From Balamuthia mandrillaris (lineage: Eukaryota): 64,000 nt of DNA. The notes below the pieces were generated by a model that searched no databases, was not told the DNA's origin, and worked only from the letters and a program-made list of their open reading frames with translations. The stretch spans positions 248,001-312,000 of the forward strand of contig JAVKOQ020000030.1 in assembly GCA_031835245.2 (NCBI GenBank), given 5' to 3'. Of the stretch, positions 1 to 10,377 are shown piece by piece (the first letter of the stretch is position 1; each line of letters opens with the position of its first letter). The position numbers and the translations under genes were made by a program.

Positions 1-603
1 GGTTGCTAGCTTGAGAGTTGAAAACAAAAAAAAGCAACAGCAGATGATTTCTTGAATTGTGTTGTTGGAATTGTTGGTTGTTGCAAATTGGTTTGAAGCT
101 CTCTTGAATTTTTGTTGTTGATTTGCTGGTGTTGCAAATAAACTTGAAGTGGTTGTTGGCAGCAAAGTGATAGGGCTGATGGATGATTTGCCTTTTCTTT
201 TTCTTGAAATTGGTTTGGTTGGTATTGTTGTTGTCGTTGTTGTGGTGATTGCTAAAGGAAAGCTTTGCAAGAAAAGAAATTTGTTTGTTGCAGAGGTGTT
301 GATTTTCTCTTGGCTTCAACAATATGGCTGTCAGTTGAATAAAAGCCGGCTGCAACGAAAGAAGAAAAGCAAATAAAAAAAACAGAATATTTGCTCCTCT
401 TTCTTCAGCAACGCCGATAAGGTGCGCGGTGAAGAAAAACAAGAAGAACACAAGACAAAAAAAAAACAAGAACGGCAAATTGTGAAGGCAAAAACACCAA
501 TAAAGTTGAGAGGGGAAGAACGAGCGCGAGAGGAGAAGGAGAGAAGGAAAATGGATGAAACGGATGCAAGCAAGAAAAGAGAGAGAACACAAAACAAACA
601 AAC

Positions 604-1362
604 CTTCTCCACGACAATGCTCCTTCCATCCAAGTCCGTGCGGTTGGTCTTCTCAAGGGCATAGTCCGCCGCCGCGGCCGACTCCATGGTGACAAAGGCA
701 AAGCCCCGGGACTCGCGCGTGCGAGGATCCTTCACGATGGACACGCTCACCACCCCGCCATAGGGCGAGAACTTTCGCTCAATGTCTGGCTCGCGAGTGC
801 GCAGGGAGAGCCCGGTTATGTAGAGGGTGTCCCCCGCGTTGGAGGAGTGGCCACGCTCTCCGCTGCGAGGTGGGGGAGAGCGAGAGTAGGAACGGCCGCG
901 ATGACCTCGGTCGCGAGGCGAGCGCGAACGAGAGCGGGAATAGGGGGAACGACCACGATCCGAACGAGGTGGAGGGGAACGGCCACCACGGTCACCGCCG
1001 CCACGAGGAGAGCGAGGGGGAGGTGTGGGGGAGCGTTGTGGACGTTGTGACTGGGAGTGATGATCGTCGGCTGGATAAGCAGAGGAGGATTTGTGGGGGC
1101 TTCTGTTTTTATTTTGGTGATTTTGGAAAAAAAATAGAACAAGAGGTGAGAAGAATGATGCGAAAAAAACAACGGAGGAAAAAAAAGGGGGGCAGAAGGA
1201 AGTGTACCCAGCAGACTGCGATGAGAGGGAGAAAGTGCGGAGAGGTTGATATGGATTAATGCAAATAAAAGACAAAAAGGTCAGTTTTTTTCATTTTTTG
1301 TTTAGGGTTAGGGTAGCAGCAAACATATGAAAAAGAAGGGAGGGGGGAGGAAAAAAAACCAT
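604..1362 (-). CDS. Transformer-2/SR45a-like RS + RRM splicing factor, 5' part (gene continues past position 1)
   Basis: RS-rich tract followed by RRM with RNP2 (LYITGL) and RNP1 (RGFAFVTM), ending GRSIVVEK at GT donor 603. Predicted exons 1362-1360 (ATG), 1215-1208, 1102-604 splice in frame (MSAGSPHKSS...). Confidence 0.85.
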
Positions 1363-2023
1363 TTTGTGAATATCAAGTTGAAGCAACTAACGTCGCGTGG
1401 CCTCTTTTACACTAAACTTTCAAATCAAACTTTCTTTCTTTATTTTTCTTTTGTCGTTTCTTTAAGGTTCCTCTCACTTGCACTTCAAAACAGGTTTTCC
1501 GTCATTCAAATTTGTCCAACCCGAAAAGCGCTGGCACACCGAGACGTTTTTCGGCCCTGCCCTTGAATCAAGGCGCCTCCTAATATTTTTCTGATTTATC
1601 ATTGGTGCAGTGAAATCGATGACGTCACGTTCGTGTTCCGATTGGCTGACCTCAGTCATGAAAAGAATCTGATCCGATCTGATCACTAGTAAAGAAAAGA
1701 AAAAGAAAGTCTGTCAAGAATTTCTCTCCTCTCCCTCTCTTCCTCGTGCTTCTGCTTCTTCTTCTTCTTGCTTCATTTATTTATTTATTTATTTTTTTGT
1801 GTCCCCATCCTTCCTTTCTCTTTCTCTTCTCCCTGAAGCTTCTTCTTCCGGGTACGTTCTGCTTTTCTTTTCTTTAGCTTGCATTAAGAGAGAGAGCAAT
1901 TAACACCAAAAAAATTAGTATAAAAACTTTTTTTTCTTTCTTTTCATTTCTTTTCTTTCTGCAGAAAGCGAAACATAAAAAAAAGCCACGCACCTATATA
2001 TACACAGAGGAACCCCGGCCGGT

Positions 2024-4050
2024 ATGTCCCTCGACCCGCGGATCCACGCCCTCCAAACCCGCCCTGAGGCCACGCCCGCCCAGGCCGGCTTCTCCTTGGC
2101 GGCCTTCGCCTCCGTCTTCGTGCCCTGGTACCTGGGCAACTTTTTGCTCTTCCACTACCGCGCCGGCGCCAGCGAGTGGCTCTCCGCCGCCGTTCCCGCT
2201 GCCTTTTCCTTGGCCCATGTGTTCGTCCTGCACAACCTCTTTTGGTGTGGGTGCATGCTGTGGGTGCGGCACCGGACCCATGCCTTGACCCATTTGACGG
2301 ACTTTATGTTTCAACGGCACAAGTGGTATTGGTTCCAGGACCCCAAACGTAACGCTACTTCACAACCCTTTTCTTCTCTTGTTCCTCACTCTCCACGCTC
2401 TCTTTTCTCTTCTATTCTTCTCTTGTCCTCTCATGCTTCTCTCTCTCTCTCTCTCTCTCTCTCTGCACTCTCTCAAGTCTCGTTTGCTTATCCCCTCTTC
2501 TTCTCTTCTCTTCTCTTCTTTTCTTTCTTCTTCTCTGCTCCTCGGTTTCTCTCCGCTCCGCTCTTCTCTCTGCTCCTCTCCATTGTGTGTTTTTCTCACC
2601 TCTCGCTAAATATATGAACTCCCAACAAAACAAAACAGGAGACCCTAGCTTCAAAAGAAAGTTTGTAGAGGGAGGTCTCTACCTTCTCCAATTCCTGGCC
2701 TTCATCTTAACCCCCACCCTGCTCTCCGTGCATCTGCCGTGGATGCTCCACCTCTCTCTGCTCTCTCCTAGCGAAGGCCGTGAGGAGATGCGACTCATCG
2801 ACTCCTCTTTGGGTCGGCCTTTGCCCGAGCGTTCTTATGGGGAGGGCTGCGATCAGTGGGACCAGGTTTACGAAACGTTCAACGACTTTTTCGTGTTTGT
2901 CCACTTTGTGGGGTTCTTGCTCATGTCTCTTGCCATGCGCAGCTTTACCATTCGTGCGTTACCTCTCATGGTTTCCGTTCTTCTTTTTCTGCTGCTGCTC
3001 TGTTTTTCATATCACTATCTGTTTGTTCTTTCTCCTTCGTTTTCTGATAGCTTTACTTTTGTGAAACTAAACTAAACTTATCTTCTCTCTCTCGTGTATA
3101 TTCCTCCATTCAGCTTTTCTGATCAGCATTTGGGATGAAGTGCTGGAGTTCAGTTTGGAGCATATCTTTCCCAACTTTAAGGAATGTTGGTGGGATCACG
3201 CCCTGGCGGACCTTTTTGGAGCCAATCTCTTTGGCTGCCTCATTGGCTTCTGCTTGTTGAGGGCCTGCGGCGTGGAACCCGTTTCCTGGTTGGCTCCCTC
3301 CTCTCGTTTTGGAGATAACGACCGCAACAATCAGGATGACAACGAGAACGACCTCACTCGTCATTCCTTGCTGCCGCGGTCTTTGGGACTGAGGCTCAAG
3401 CAGTTCTTGTTTGGAAGAGACAAGACTGCGTTCATCTTTGTCTCTTTGATTTTCGTTCATCGCACCAGTATGCTTCGCTTCTCTGCTTCTCTCTTTTCGC
3501 TTTCACCTAACTCATTTCCTTCTTTCCACAAACCAAAGTCATATTCGTACTGCCATTTGCGTTCAAGTATGTAATGTGGGTGCCAGTGCCGCACCTCCTC
3601 TTCGTTTACCACGGCGTCGCCCACTTTGGCCTCCAAATGATGTCCTACTTGGAACACTACAATCACTATCTCTTCTCTCTTTCTTCTGCCTCTTCCTCCT
3701 CTACTTCACGCCCTCTTCGGCCCCATCACTTCATTTGGAGAACTACCAACGTCGCAATGATGGCGTTGGAGACGATATTGGTGATAAAGATGTTGCTATA
3801 CGGTTATGATGACCTAGCGTTGGTTCCGCCGATGCACATTATCGTGGCGTGGGGAGTGATAGTTGCTTTGTGGGTGTTCTTCTTCTTTAGTTCTTCTTCC
3901 ATTCCTTCGATTGGACTGGTGGATGTTGCAGAGAAGACCACGACGACTGAGAGGACTAACAAGAAAAAGATGAATGTAAATGATAATAATGATGATGCGG
4001 AACAGAAGAAGAAGGAGGCAGCGATGATGAAACGATTGAAAGAAGAATGA
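2024..4050 (+). CDS. Phosphatidylserine synthase, base-exchange (PTDSS1/2) family
   Basis: Motifs FFVFVHFVG, EVLEFSLEHIFPNFKECWWDHALAD and FKYVMWVPVPH; multi-pass hydrophobic. Exons 2024-2348, 2639-2953, 3114-3467, 3539-4050 are phase-consistent. Confidence 0.85.
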
Positions 4051-4152
4051 ACGTTACCAACAAATAAAGAAACAAACTAACTTACAAAATGTAAAACAAA
4101 GAAAAGCAAGAGGACAGAACGAATAAAGAAGAGAAGAAAGAAGAGAGAAAAA

Positions 4153-5417
4153 CTACAACAGAACGGATGGTAATTGTACGCCCTTTTCTTGACGCATAGT
4201 TACAGCGTGCCACCAAAGCTTTTCTTCTGTTGCAAGTTCCTTCAACCGTTGCTCCACTCGACTCAAAGCTCGTGCTTTCAAAACCTCGCTTTTGTCTTCT
4301 TCTCCTCCTTCTGCTAAGATGCTTTCGGGTATGCTGAAGCTCATCAGAAGATGCCCCCCTTCTTTCGTTCTCCCGGTTCGTCTCCTGTGCTTCCGTTCTG
4401 CAGGCAACAAAACCACTTGAAAAACTCTCAATGGTACCATCGCTAAACAGTTGCCTTGCTCTCCTTCTGTTGTCGTTGAAGAAGAAGAAGGAGAAAAAGA
4501 GCAATAAAGAACAGGAAAACGGAGCAGATAGCCTATCAAGGTAGGAGGCCATAACGTTGCTCGTAGTCTCTCTTTCCTCACTTGAAACTTTCCATCATTT
4601 TCCGCTTTCTCCCCATCTCCTCCCGCTCTTCCAACAAAAAGTGCTATGCGACATCCGACAGAAGAGGAAGAAGAAGTAGAAGAAGAAGTGAGCAGGCCAA
4701 GAAGGTCTTGGGCAAGGAGAGAAAGAGAGATATCTTCTTTTTGTTGAAGAGTTACGCGTTGAGGATGAGGCAGCTGCGGATGAACATTTACCAGAACATA
4801 GGAAGAAGCAGAAGAAGAAGAAGAAGAAGAAGCAGCAGCAGCAGCAGGCAGCAGCAGCAGCAGCAGCAGAGGAAGAAGAAGAAGAAGAAGAAGAAGAAGA
4901 AGAAGAAGAAGAAGAAGAAGAAGAAGAAGAAGAAGAAGAAGAAGAAGAAGAAGAAGGAGAGAGAGAGGAAGAAGAAGAAGAAGAACAAGAACAAGAAGAA
5001 GAAGAGAGAATATGGATATCCTCTTTCAGTTCTTGTTGGAATAATGGCAGATGAAGGAAGAAAGTGAGGTCATGGTCGAGGAGAACCAATGCAGCTAGCT
5101 CAGTGTTTCCCTGCGTGTCAACACAGCATGAGAGAGAAGAAGAAATCAAGCAAAAGAGAAAGGACACACACCAGACTGTTCAAAAAGAGGCAAAGGTCTT
5201 CCTGGGAGGGATAGACGTGCTCCACCAGAAACGAGCAGCGAAGCCCCATGCCCACTGCATGCAAATCTAAAAAGTATGTCAATGAGGAGGAGCATAGGAA
5301 GAATAGAAGAAGAACGAGAAGAGAAACACGACACCAACCATTTAAAAAATGGTGCAGATGAGGGCCGAGCTGCCGCCTCATCCGTTGCGGCATACATCGG
5401 ATGGCTTCTTCTTTCAT
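4153..5417 (-). CDS. DUF4504 / UPF0739 (C1orf74-like) protein with an apparent 1-nt frameshift near 4847
   Basis: Motifs DLHAVGMGLR, PTLIGYLLRFPVLY, CLAMVPLRVF, LMSFSIPESI and C-terminal VQLPSVLL resemble C1orf74. Exons 5417-5339, 5266-5172, 5110-4153; the frame changes inside the CAG repeat. Confidence 0.65.
4805..5005. repeat. Compound (GAA)n/(CAG)n trinucleotide repeat inside the coding exon (poly-Ser/poly-Ala on the minus strand)
   Basis: Seen directly in the sequence. Confidence 0.95.
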
Positions 5418-5609
5418 GCTTCTTTCTTGGAACACATGTCGGGTCGTCATGGGAGTTAAGTTACGTCGTCATGGATCTTTACTTATAGATCAAATTCACA
5501 TATGACATCATCATTCTCCTTAAATTAGAGATCACATCGGTAGATCACCTTAAGCATGGTAACTGCAGGAAAAAAAAGTAGCAGAGAAGAGAGAGAAACC
5601 TACACACAG

Positions 5610-6710
5610 ATGAAGATCGCTTCCAACCTGGGGGCGTTCAGGAAGCTGCGGTTTAGCTCGCCGATGTTGGAGAAGCAGTCGGTGGGCTTTGTTCCGACGA
5701 TGGGAGCCCTTCATCCGGGCCATCTTTCCCTGGTCCGCATGGCCAAAAGCCGGTGTGACGCCGTTGTGGTCTCTATTTTTGTGAACCCTACCCAGTACTT
5801 TCTCCCTCACATTCTCTTGCTCTTCTTTCTTTTCTCCTTGTTCTTCTTGTTCTTCTTGTTCTTCTGCTTCTTCTTCTTCTTCTTCGTTTCGTTCCTTACC
5901 TCTTCTTCTTCTTCTCCTTCTTCTTGTTCTTCTTCTTCTCGTTCCTCATTGTCGTTCTCCTTTGTGCCGCTTTTAAGGTTTGCACCTCACGAGGACTTGA
6001 AGGCCTACCCCCGAACCTTCAAGGAAGACACCGAGCTGCTCGCCACGGAGGGCGTGGACCTGGTGCTGGCTCCCTTCGACCAGGACGAGCTCTACCCTCC
6101 CGATTTCAGCACCTTTGTGGAGGTGGAGTCCATCAACCAGACCATAGAGGCCCAACGTCGGCCTCACCATTTTCGCGGGGTGGCCACCATCCTCACCAAG
6201 CTCTTTCACGTGGTGCAGCCCCGCTATGCCTTCTTCGGCCAAAAGGACGCCATCCAATGCATCCTCGCTCGTCGTCTCGTGCGGGACCTAAACTTTCTCT
6301 CTGGCTCCGCCGCAGAAGGGGGACACAACAACCTGGAAGTGGTGGTAGGAGCCACGGTGAGGGAGGAGGATGGTCTGGCCATGAGCAGCCGCAACCGATA
6401 CCTCTCCCCCGAGGAGCGTGCCAAAGCGCCCATCATCTATCGAGCCCTGCAGGAGAGCAAGGAGCGATACCTGCACGGCCAAATGCTGAGCGCGAGAGAG
6501 TTAAAGGAGCACGCCTGGAGCGTCATGGAAAGCGTGGAGGGGGTCAAAGTGGATTATGTCAGCGTGGTGGATGCTATGCTGGGCAAGGAGTTGAACGGGG
6601 AGCTGAGGCCGGAGAGTTTGTCCGAGGAGGGCGCCATACTTTCGGCCGCCATGGTGCTGGGCCGGACTCGCCTCATCGACAACGTGATTCTTCCACCCTT
6701 AAAGATGTGA
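5610..6710 (+). CDS. panC: Pantoate--beta-alanine ligase (pantothenate synthetase)
   Basis: GFVPTMGALHPGH, SIFVNPTQF, RPHHFRGV, FFGQKD, REEDGLAMSSRN, TRLIDN. One intron 5795-5977. Confidence 0.97.
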   Translation: MKIASNLGAFRKLRFSSPMLEKQSVGFVPTMGALHPGHLSLVRMAKSRCDAVVVSIFVNPTQYFLPHILLLFFLFSLFFLFFLFFCFFFFFFVSFLTSSSSSPSSCSSSSRSSLSFSFVPLLRFAPHEDLKAYPRTFKEDTELLATEGVDLVLAPFDQDELYPPDFSTFVEVESINQTIEAQRRPHHFRGVATILTKLFHVVQPRYAFFGQKDAIQCILARRLVRDLNFLSGSAAEGGHNNLEVVVGATVREEDGLAMSSRNRYLSPEERAKAPIIYRALQESKERYLHGQMLSARELKEHAWSVMESVEGVKVDYVSVVDAMLGKELNGELRPESLSEEGAILSAAMVLGRTRLIDNVILPPLKM

Positions 6711-6807
6711 TAGCGAAAAAAAAAGTGAAGGAAGACTCATTTTGTTGTTGTTGTACACAAAAGAACAGAAGAAACACAAGAAGAAGTCGTTTCTTGCTTC
6801 TGGCTTT

Positions 6808-8306
6808 TCAGTCGGACAGGTCATCATCGTCATCATCCATATCGTCATCATCGTCGCCACCCCCTTCGAGTTTCCTTAGCTCGGCTTCGATTCTCTTCAG
6901 CTCGTCGTCGTCATCCGAGTCGTCCTCGTCTTCTTCCAGCTTTTTGAGCTCTTCCTCGATCTTTCTTAGCTCCTCGTCGTCTTCGTCGTCATCCTCATCG
7001 TCGTCATCCTCATCGTCATCAGCTTCCAGGGCCTTGAGCTCGGCTTTGATCCTTTTCATCTCTTCATCGTCTTCCTCATCGGAGCCTTCGTCATCTGCTG
7101 TGGTCTGGTTTTTCTTCTCTTCTTCCTCCTTTTTCTTCTGCTCTTCCTCCTCTTTTTTCTTCTTCTCTTCCTCCTCTTTTTTCTTCTTCTCTTCCTCCTC
7201 TTTTCTCTTCTTCTCTTCCTCTTCTTGCTTTCTCTTTTCTTCCTCCTCTTTCTTCTTTTCCTCTTCCTCTTTCTTCCTCTGTTCTTCAGCTTCCTTCTTC
7301 TTCTTTTCTTCTTCCTCTTTCTTCTTCTTCTCTTCCTCTTCTTTCTTCCTTCTGGCCTCCTCTTGTTGTTGCTGTTTCTTTTTCTCCTCTTCCTCCTTTT
7401 TCTGCCTTCGTTGCTCTTCTTGTTTCTTCCTCTCCTCCTCTCTTCTCTTCCTCTCTTCCTCCCTCTTGGCCGCAGCGGTTTGTCGTTGAGGTTGCTTCTG
7501 CTGCTGTTGCTGTTGCTGTTGCTTCTGTTTCTTCTCCTCTTCTTCCTTCTCTTTCCTCTTCCTCTCTTCTTCCTCCTCCTGTTTCTTCTTAGCCTCTTCT
7601 TCTTCTCTGGCCTTCTCCTCCTCCTCTCTCTTCCTTTTCTCTTCTTCTTCCTGGCGTTTCTTCTCCTCTTGTTGCTTTTCGTTCCTGGAAGGAGCAGGGG
7701 AGTTAGCAGGAGAAGGAGCAGGAGAGGCAACAGGAGAGGGTTCCGCCTGGTCCGGCTCTTCCTTCTCCTTCATCTTCATCGCCTTCTCTTCCCTCTTTTC
7801 CTTGTCCTTCATCTTCATCTCTCTCATCTTTGCCTTTCTCTTTTTTCTCAACGCAATAATGTCCTGTTTGAAAAAAACAAAGGGAGAAAGAAGAAGTAGG
7901 TACGCAGAAAAGAATAGCTTGTTAAGAAGACAGCAAACAATAAAAAAATAAAAGAAGCTTTGGAGGAGGAAAAAAAAACATACCACAAAGTTGCCGTAGG
8001 AACGTTCGGGCACTTCCTGGCCTTTACGCCTGAGGCGGTCATCCCTCCTGAGCCAGTAGGCCTCGAGCTTCATCATAAACGCTTGGCGTTGCTCCTGCCT
8101 ATTCTCCAAACGCCATTGCTTGCGCTGTTCAAACTTTAAAAAAAAAGTATTTAGCAACTTGAAAAGAGAGAAGAAGAAGAGGAAGAAGAAAGAACCTCAA
8201 ATTCTTCTTGCTTGCGTTCCTGTTGTCGGGCTTTGAGCCTCTCAGAAGGTTGGCGGTGCATTGTTCTGGTGCTTTGCAAGGGCATCATCATCGAAGAAGC
8301 AGACAT
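6808..8306 (-). CDS. Unknown highly charged protein (E/K single-alpha-helix region, acidic tail with three helical repeats)
   Basis: ATG at 8306, GT-AG introns at about 8194-8134 and 7983-7864, long E4K4-patterned ORF to the stop at 6808. Confidence 0.7.
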
Positions 8307-8646
8307 TTCTGGTCGTTTGAACAAATATTTTTTTTAAATAAAAAAAACAAAAGGGGGGGGATCACACACAAAACACGATTCGTACCACGAAGAATGGGTG
8401 CGGCGCGGCGGGTTGTTTGTCAAAGGTTTCTTTCTTCCCCCTTTTATTTTATTATTGTGTCTACTATGTGCTCCACCAATGAAAAATCAAAGAATTTTGT
8501 CGGCAAATAAATAAGATAATTATTGTATCGAAAGAAACAGCAAATAGTTGTCTACAAATAATCGCTGCAGGGGGAGAAGAAACTGTGGGAGAGAGAAGGA
8601 AGGGGAGGGGAGCGACGGGAGTGTGAGGAGAAAGAGGGAATCGAGG

Positions 8647-8669
8647 GGTGAGAGAGAGAGAGAGAGAAA

Positions 8670-8720
<51 letters not shown>
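8647..8720. repeat. (GA)n microsatellite downstream of the Rieske gene
   Basis: Seen directly in the sequence. Confidence 0.9.
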
Positions 8721-8721
<1 letters not shown>

Positions 8722-8825
8722 AATAAACAAAGAAGGTAGAACAAAAAAAAGAACATTGTTGTGGCCGTAAGAAAAAAAAATATAGAGGGTGAAGTGTTGC
8801 TGAGCTTTCGTTAAAGACCTGCCAT

Positions 8826-9575
8826 TTAAGACTCGTCCGGAGAGCTCTTGCCCACAAGGATCTTATCGTCATCCACGTAGTAGTAAGGCGGCACCTCCAA
8901 GTTCAGCGGGGCGGGGCCCTTCCTGATCCTGCCGCTGGTGTCGTAGTGAGAGCCGTGGCAGGGGCAGAACCAGCCGCCAAAGTCACCGGCATCTCCCACG
9001 GGGATGCATCCCAAGTGAGTGCACACGCCGATGAGGACCAGCCACTCGGGCTTTTGGGTGCGCGTCTCGTCCTTCTGGGGGTCCCTCAGCTCCTCCAGCG
9101 GGGTCTCCCTGGCCAGCTGGATCTCCCTCTCCGTGCGGTGGCGGATGAAGAGGGGTTTGCCCCGCCAGAGAACCCTGAGGCTGGTGCCCTCGGGGATGCC
9201 CGACAGCTTGACCTCGATGTTGGCCAGGGCCTTCACGTCCCCGGCGGGGTTCAGGGTGTCCAGGAACTCCACCACGGCGTTCTTGGCGCCGATGGCGTAG
9301 GAGAAGCTGGCCGAGCCGATGACAAAGTAGCTGAAGGCCTTGCGGGTGGTGGCGCCGCCGGAGGCGGGGGGTCTCATGTATTTGTCGAACTTGGGGACGG
9401 AGATGTCGTGCTTCTCACGTCTTTGTTGGTGTTGGTCGTCGGAGGAGGGGAAGGAGAGAAAAGGGGAGGCGAGGAAAGAGGAGGAGGAGGGAGAGGAAGA
9501 GGAGGAGAGGAAGAAGGGACGGCGGAGGGAGGAGGTGCTGGTCCGGCCGAAGGTGCTCACAGATTTGCGGAACAT
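8826..9575 (-). CDS. UQCRFS1: Cytochrome bc1 Rieske iron-sulfur subunit, mitochondrial precursor; intronless
   Basis: CTHLGCIP, GGWFCPCHGSHYD, GRIRKGPAPLNL, WRGKPLFIRHRT; R/S-rich presequence. Confidence 0.98.
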   Translation of the reverse strand: MFRKSVSTFGRTSTSSLRRPFFLSSSSSPSSSSFLASPFLSFPSSDDQHQQRREKHDISVPKFDKYMRPPASGGATTRKAFSYFVIGSASFSYAIGAKNAVVEFLDTLNPAGDVKALANIEVKLSGIPEGTSLRVLWRGKPLFIRHRTEREIQLARETPLEELRDPQKDETRTQKPEWLVLIGVCTHLGCIPVGDAGDFGGWFCPCHGSHYDTSGRIRKGPAPLNLEVPPYYYVDDDKILVGKSSPDES

Positions 9576-10310
9576 GATGATGGAGTGATTGTTTTGGGTT
9601 TGATTCGAACTGAAAGCCGCTGTAGGGGGATGGGAGGGTTGAGTGTCGTGAAAAAAAAAACGAAAGAGGTTTCACTCGTTTTGCCCGATGGTAAGAAACA
9701 CCCAAGAGACGCAAAAAAAAAGAAAAGAAAGATTATAATCACACAAATAAATATCTCACTATTCACACAAATCAATCCCTCTCTTTTTGTTATGGAGGAT
9801 ATAAATAATAGGATACAAAAAAATAACCAACAAAGAACAAAAAAATAGCAAACGAACCTTGTTGGTGTTCAAGATCAAAGCGTTGAGTGGGACCGCGCCA
9901 ACAAGAACCGAAGCTCTCTCTCTTCTTTTTTTTTCACTTCGGTTTGGTTGGGCGATAATTTTTTTTGTTGTTCGGGTTTTTTGCCGACACCGAAATATTC
10001 ACCTTCGAGTCGCCAAGTGCTAGCACACGTCAGCATCACACTGGGAAACAAAGTGATTTTGGCTGATGTCATTGCATGATTTGCGATTCGACTCCAGCCA
10101 AATCATGTCTTTGCTAACCTCGACGAGCCCTAAGCCGTTAACCCTAACCCAAAAAAATCCCATACAAATAATATAAGAATAATATTCTTGCCAAATGAAA
10201 AAGATGGAAAGATACATTCTTCTATCGAGAGTCCTTTCGGTGCAAAAATGAAAGACCACAATACAGTTGCAGTCATTTAAAACAAGGCGGGTTCATAAAA
10301 CAAAAAGAAA

Positions 10311-10341
<31 letters not shown>

Positions 10342-10377
10342 AAGGTGCAGCAAACAAAAAAATAATAATGTGCAAAA

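Noticed and set aside
6699..6710. C-terminal LKM of PanC as a peroxisomal PTS1
   Set aside because: Leu at -3 does not fit the [SAC][KRH][LM] consensus.
5924..7899. Long poly-S/F/L ORFs on the + strand (521 aa, 224 aa)
   Set aside because: Alternative-frame and antisense shadows of panC and the E/K-repeat gene; stop-poor because of repeat composition.
8946..9848. 300-aa + strand ORF
   Set aside because: Antisense shadow of the GC3-rich Rieske gene.
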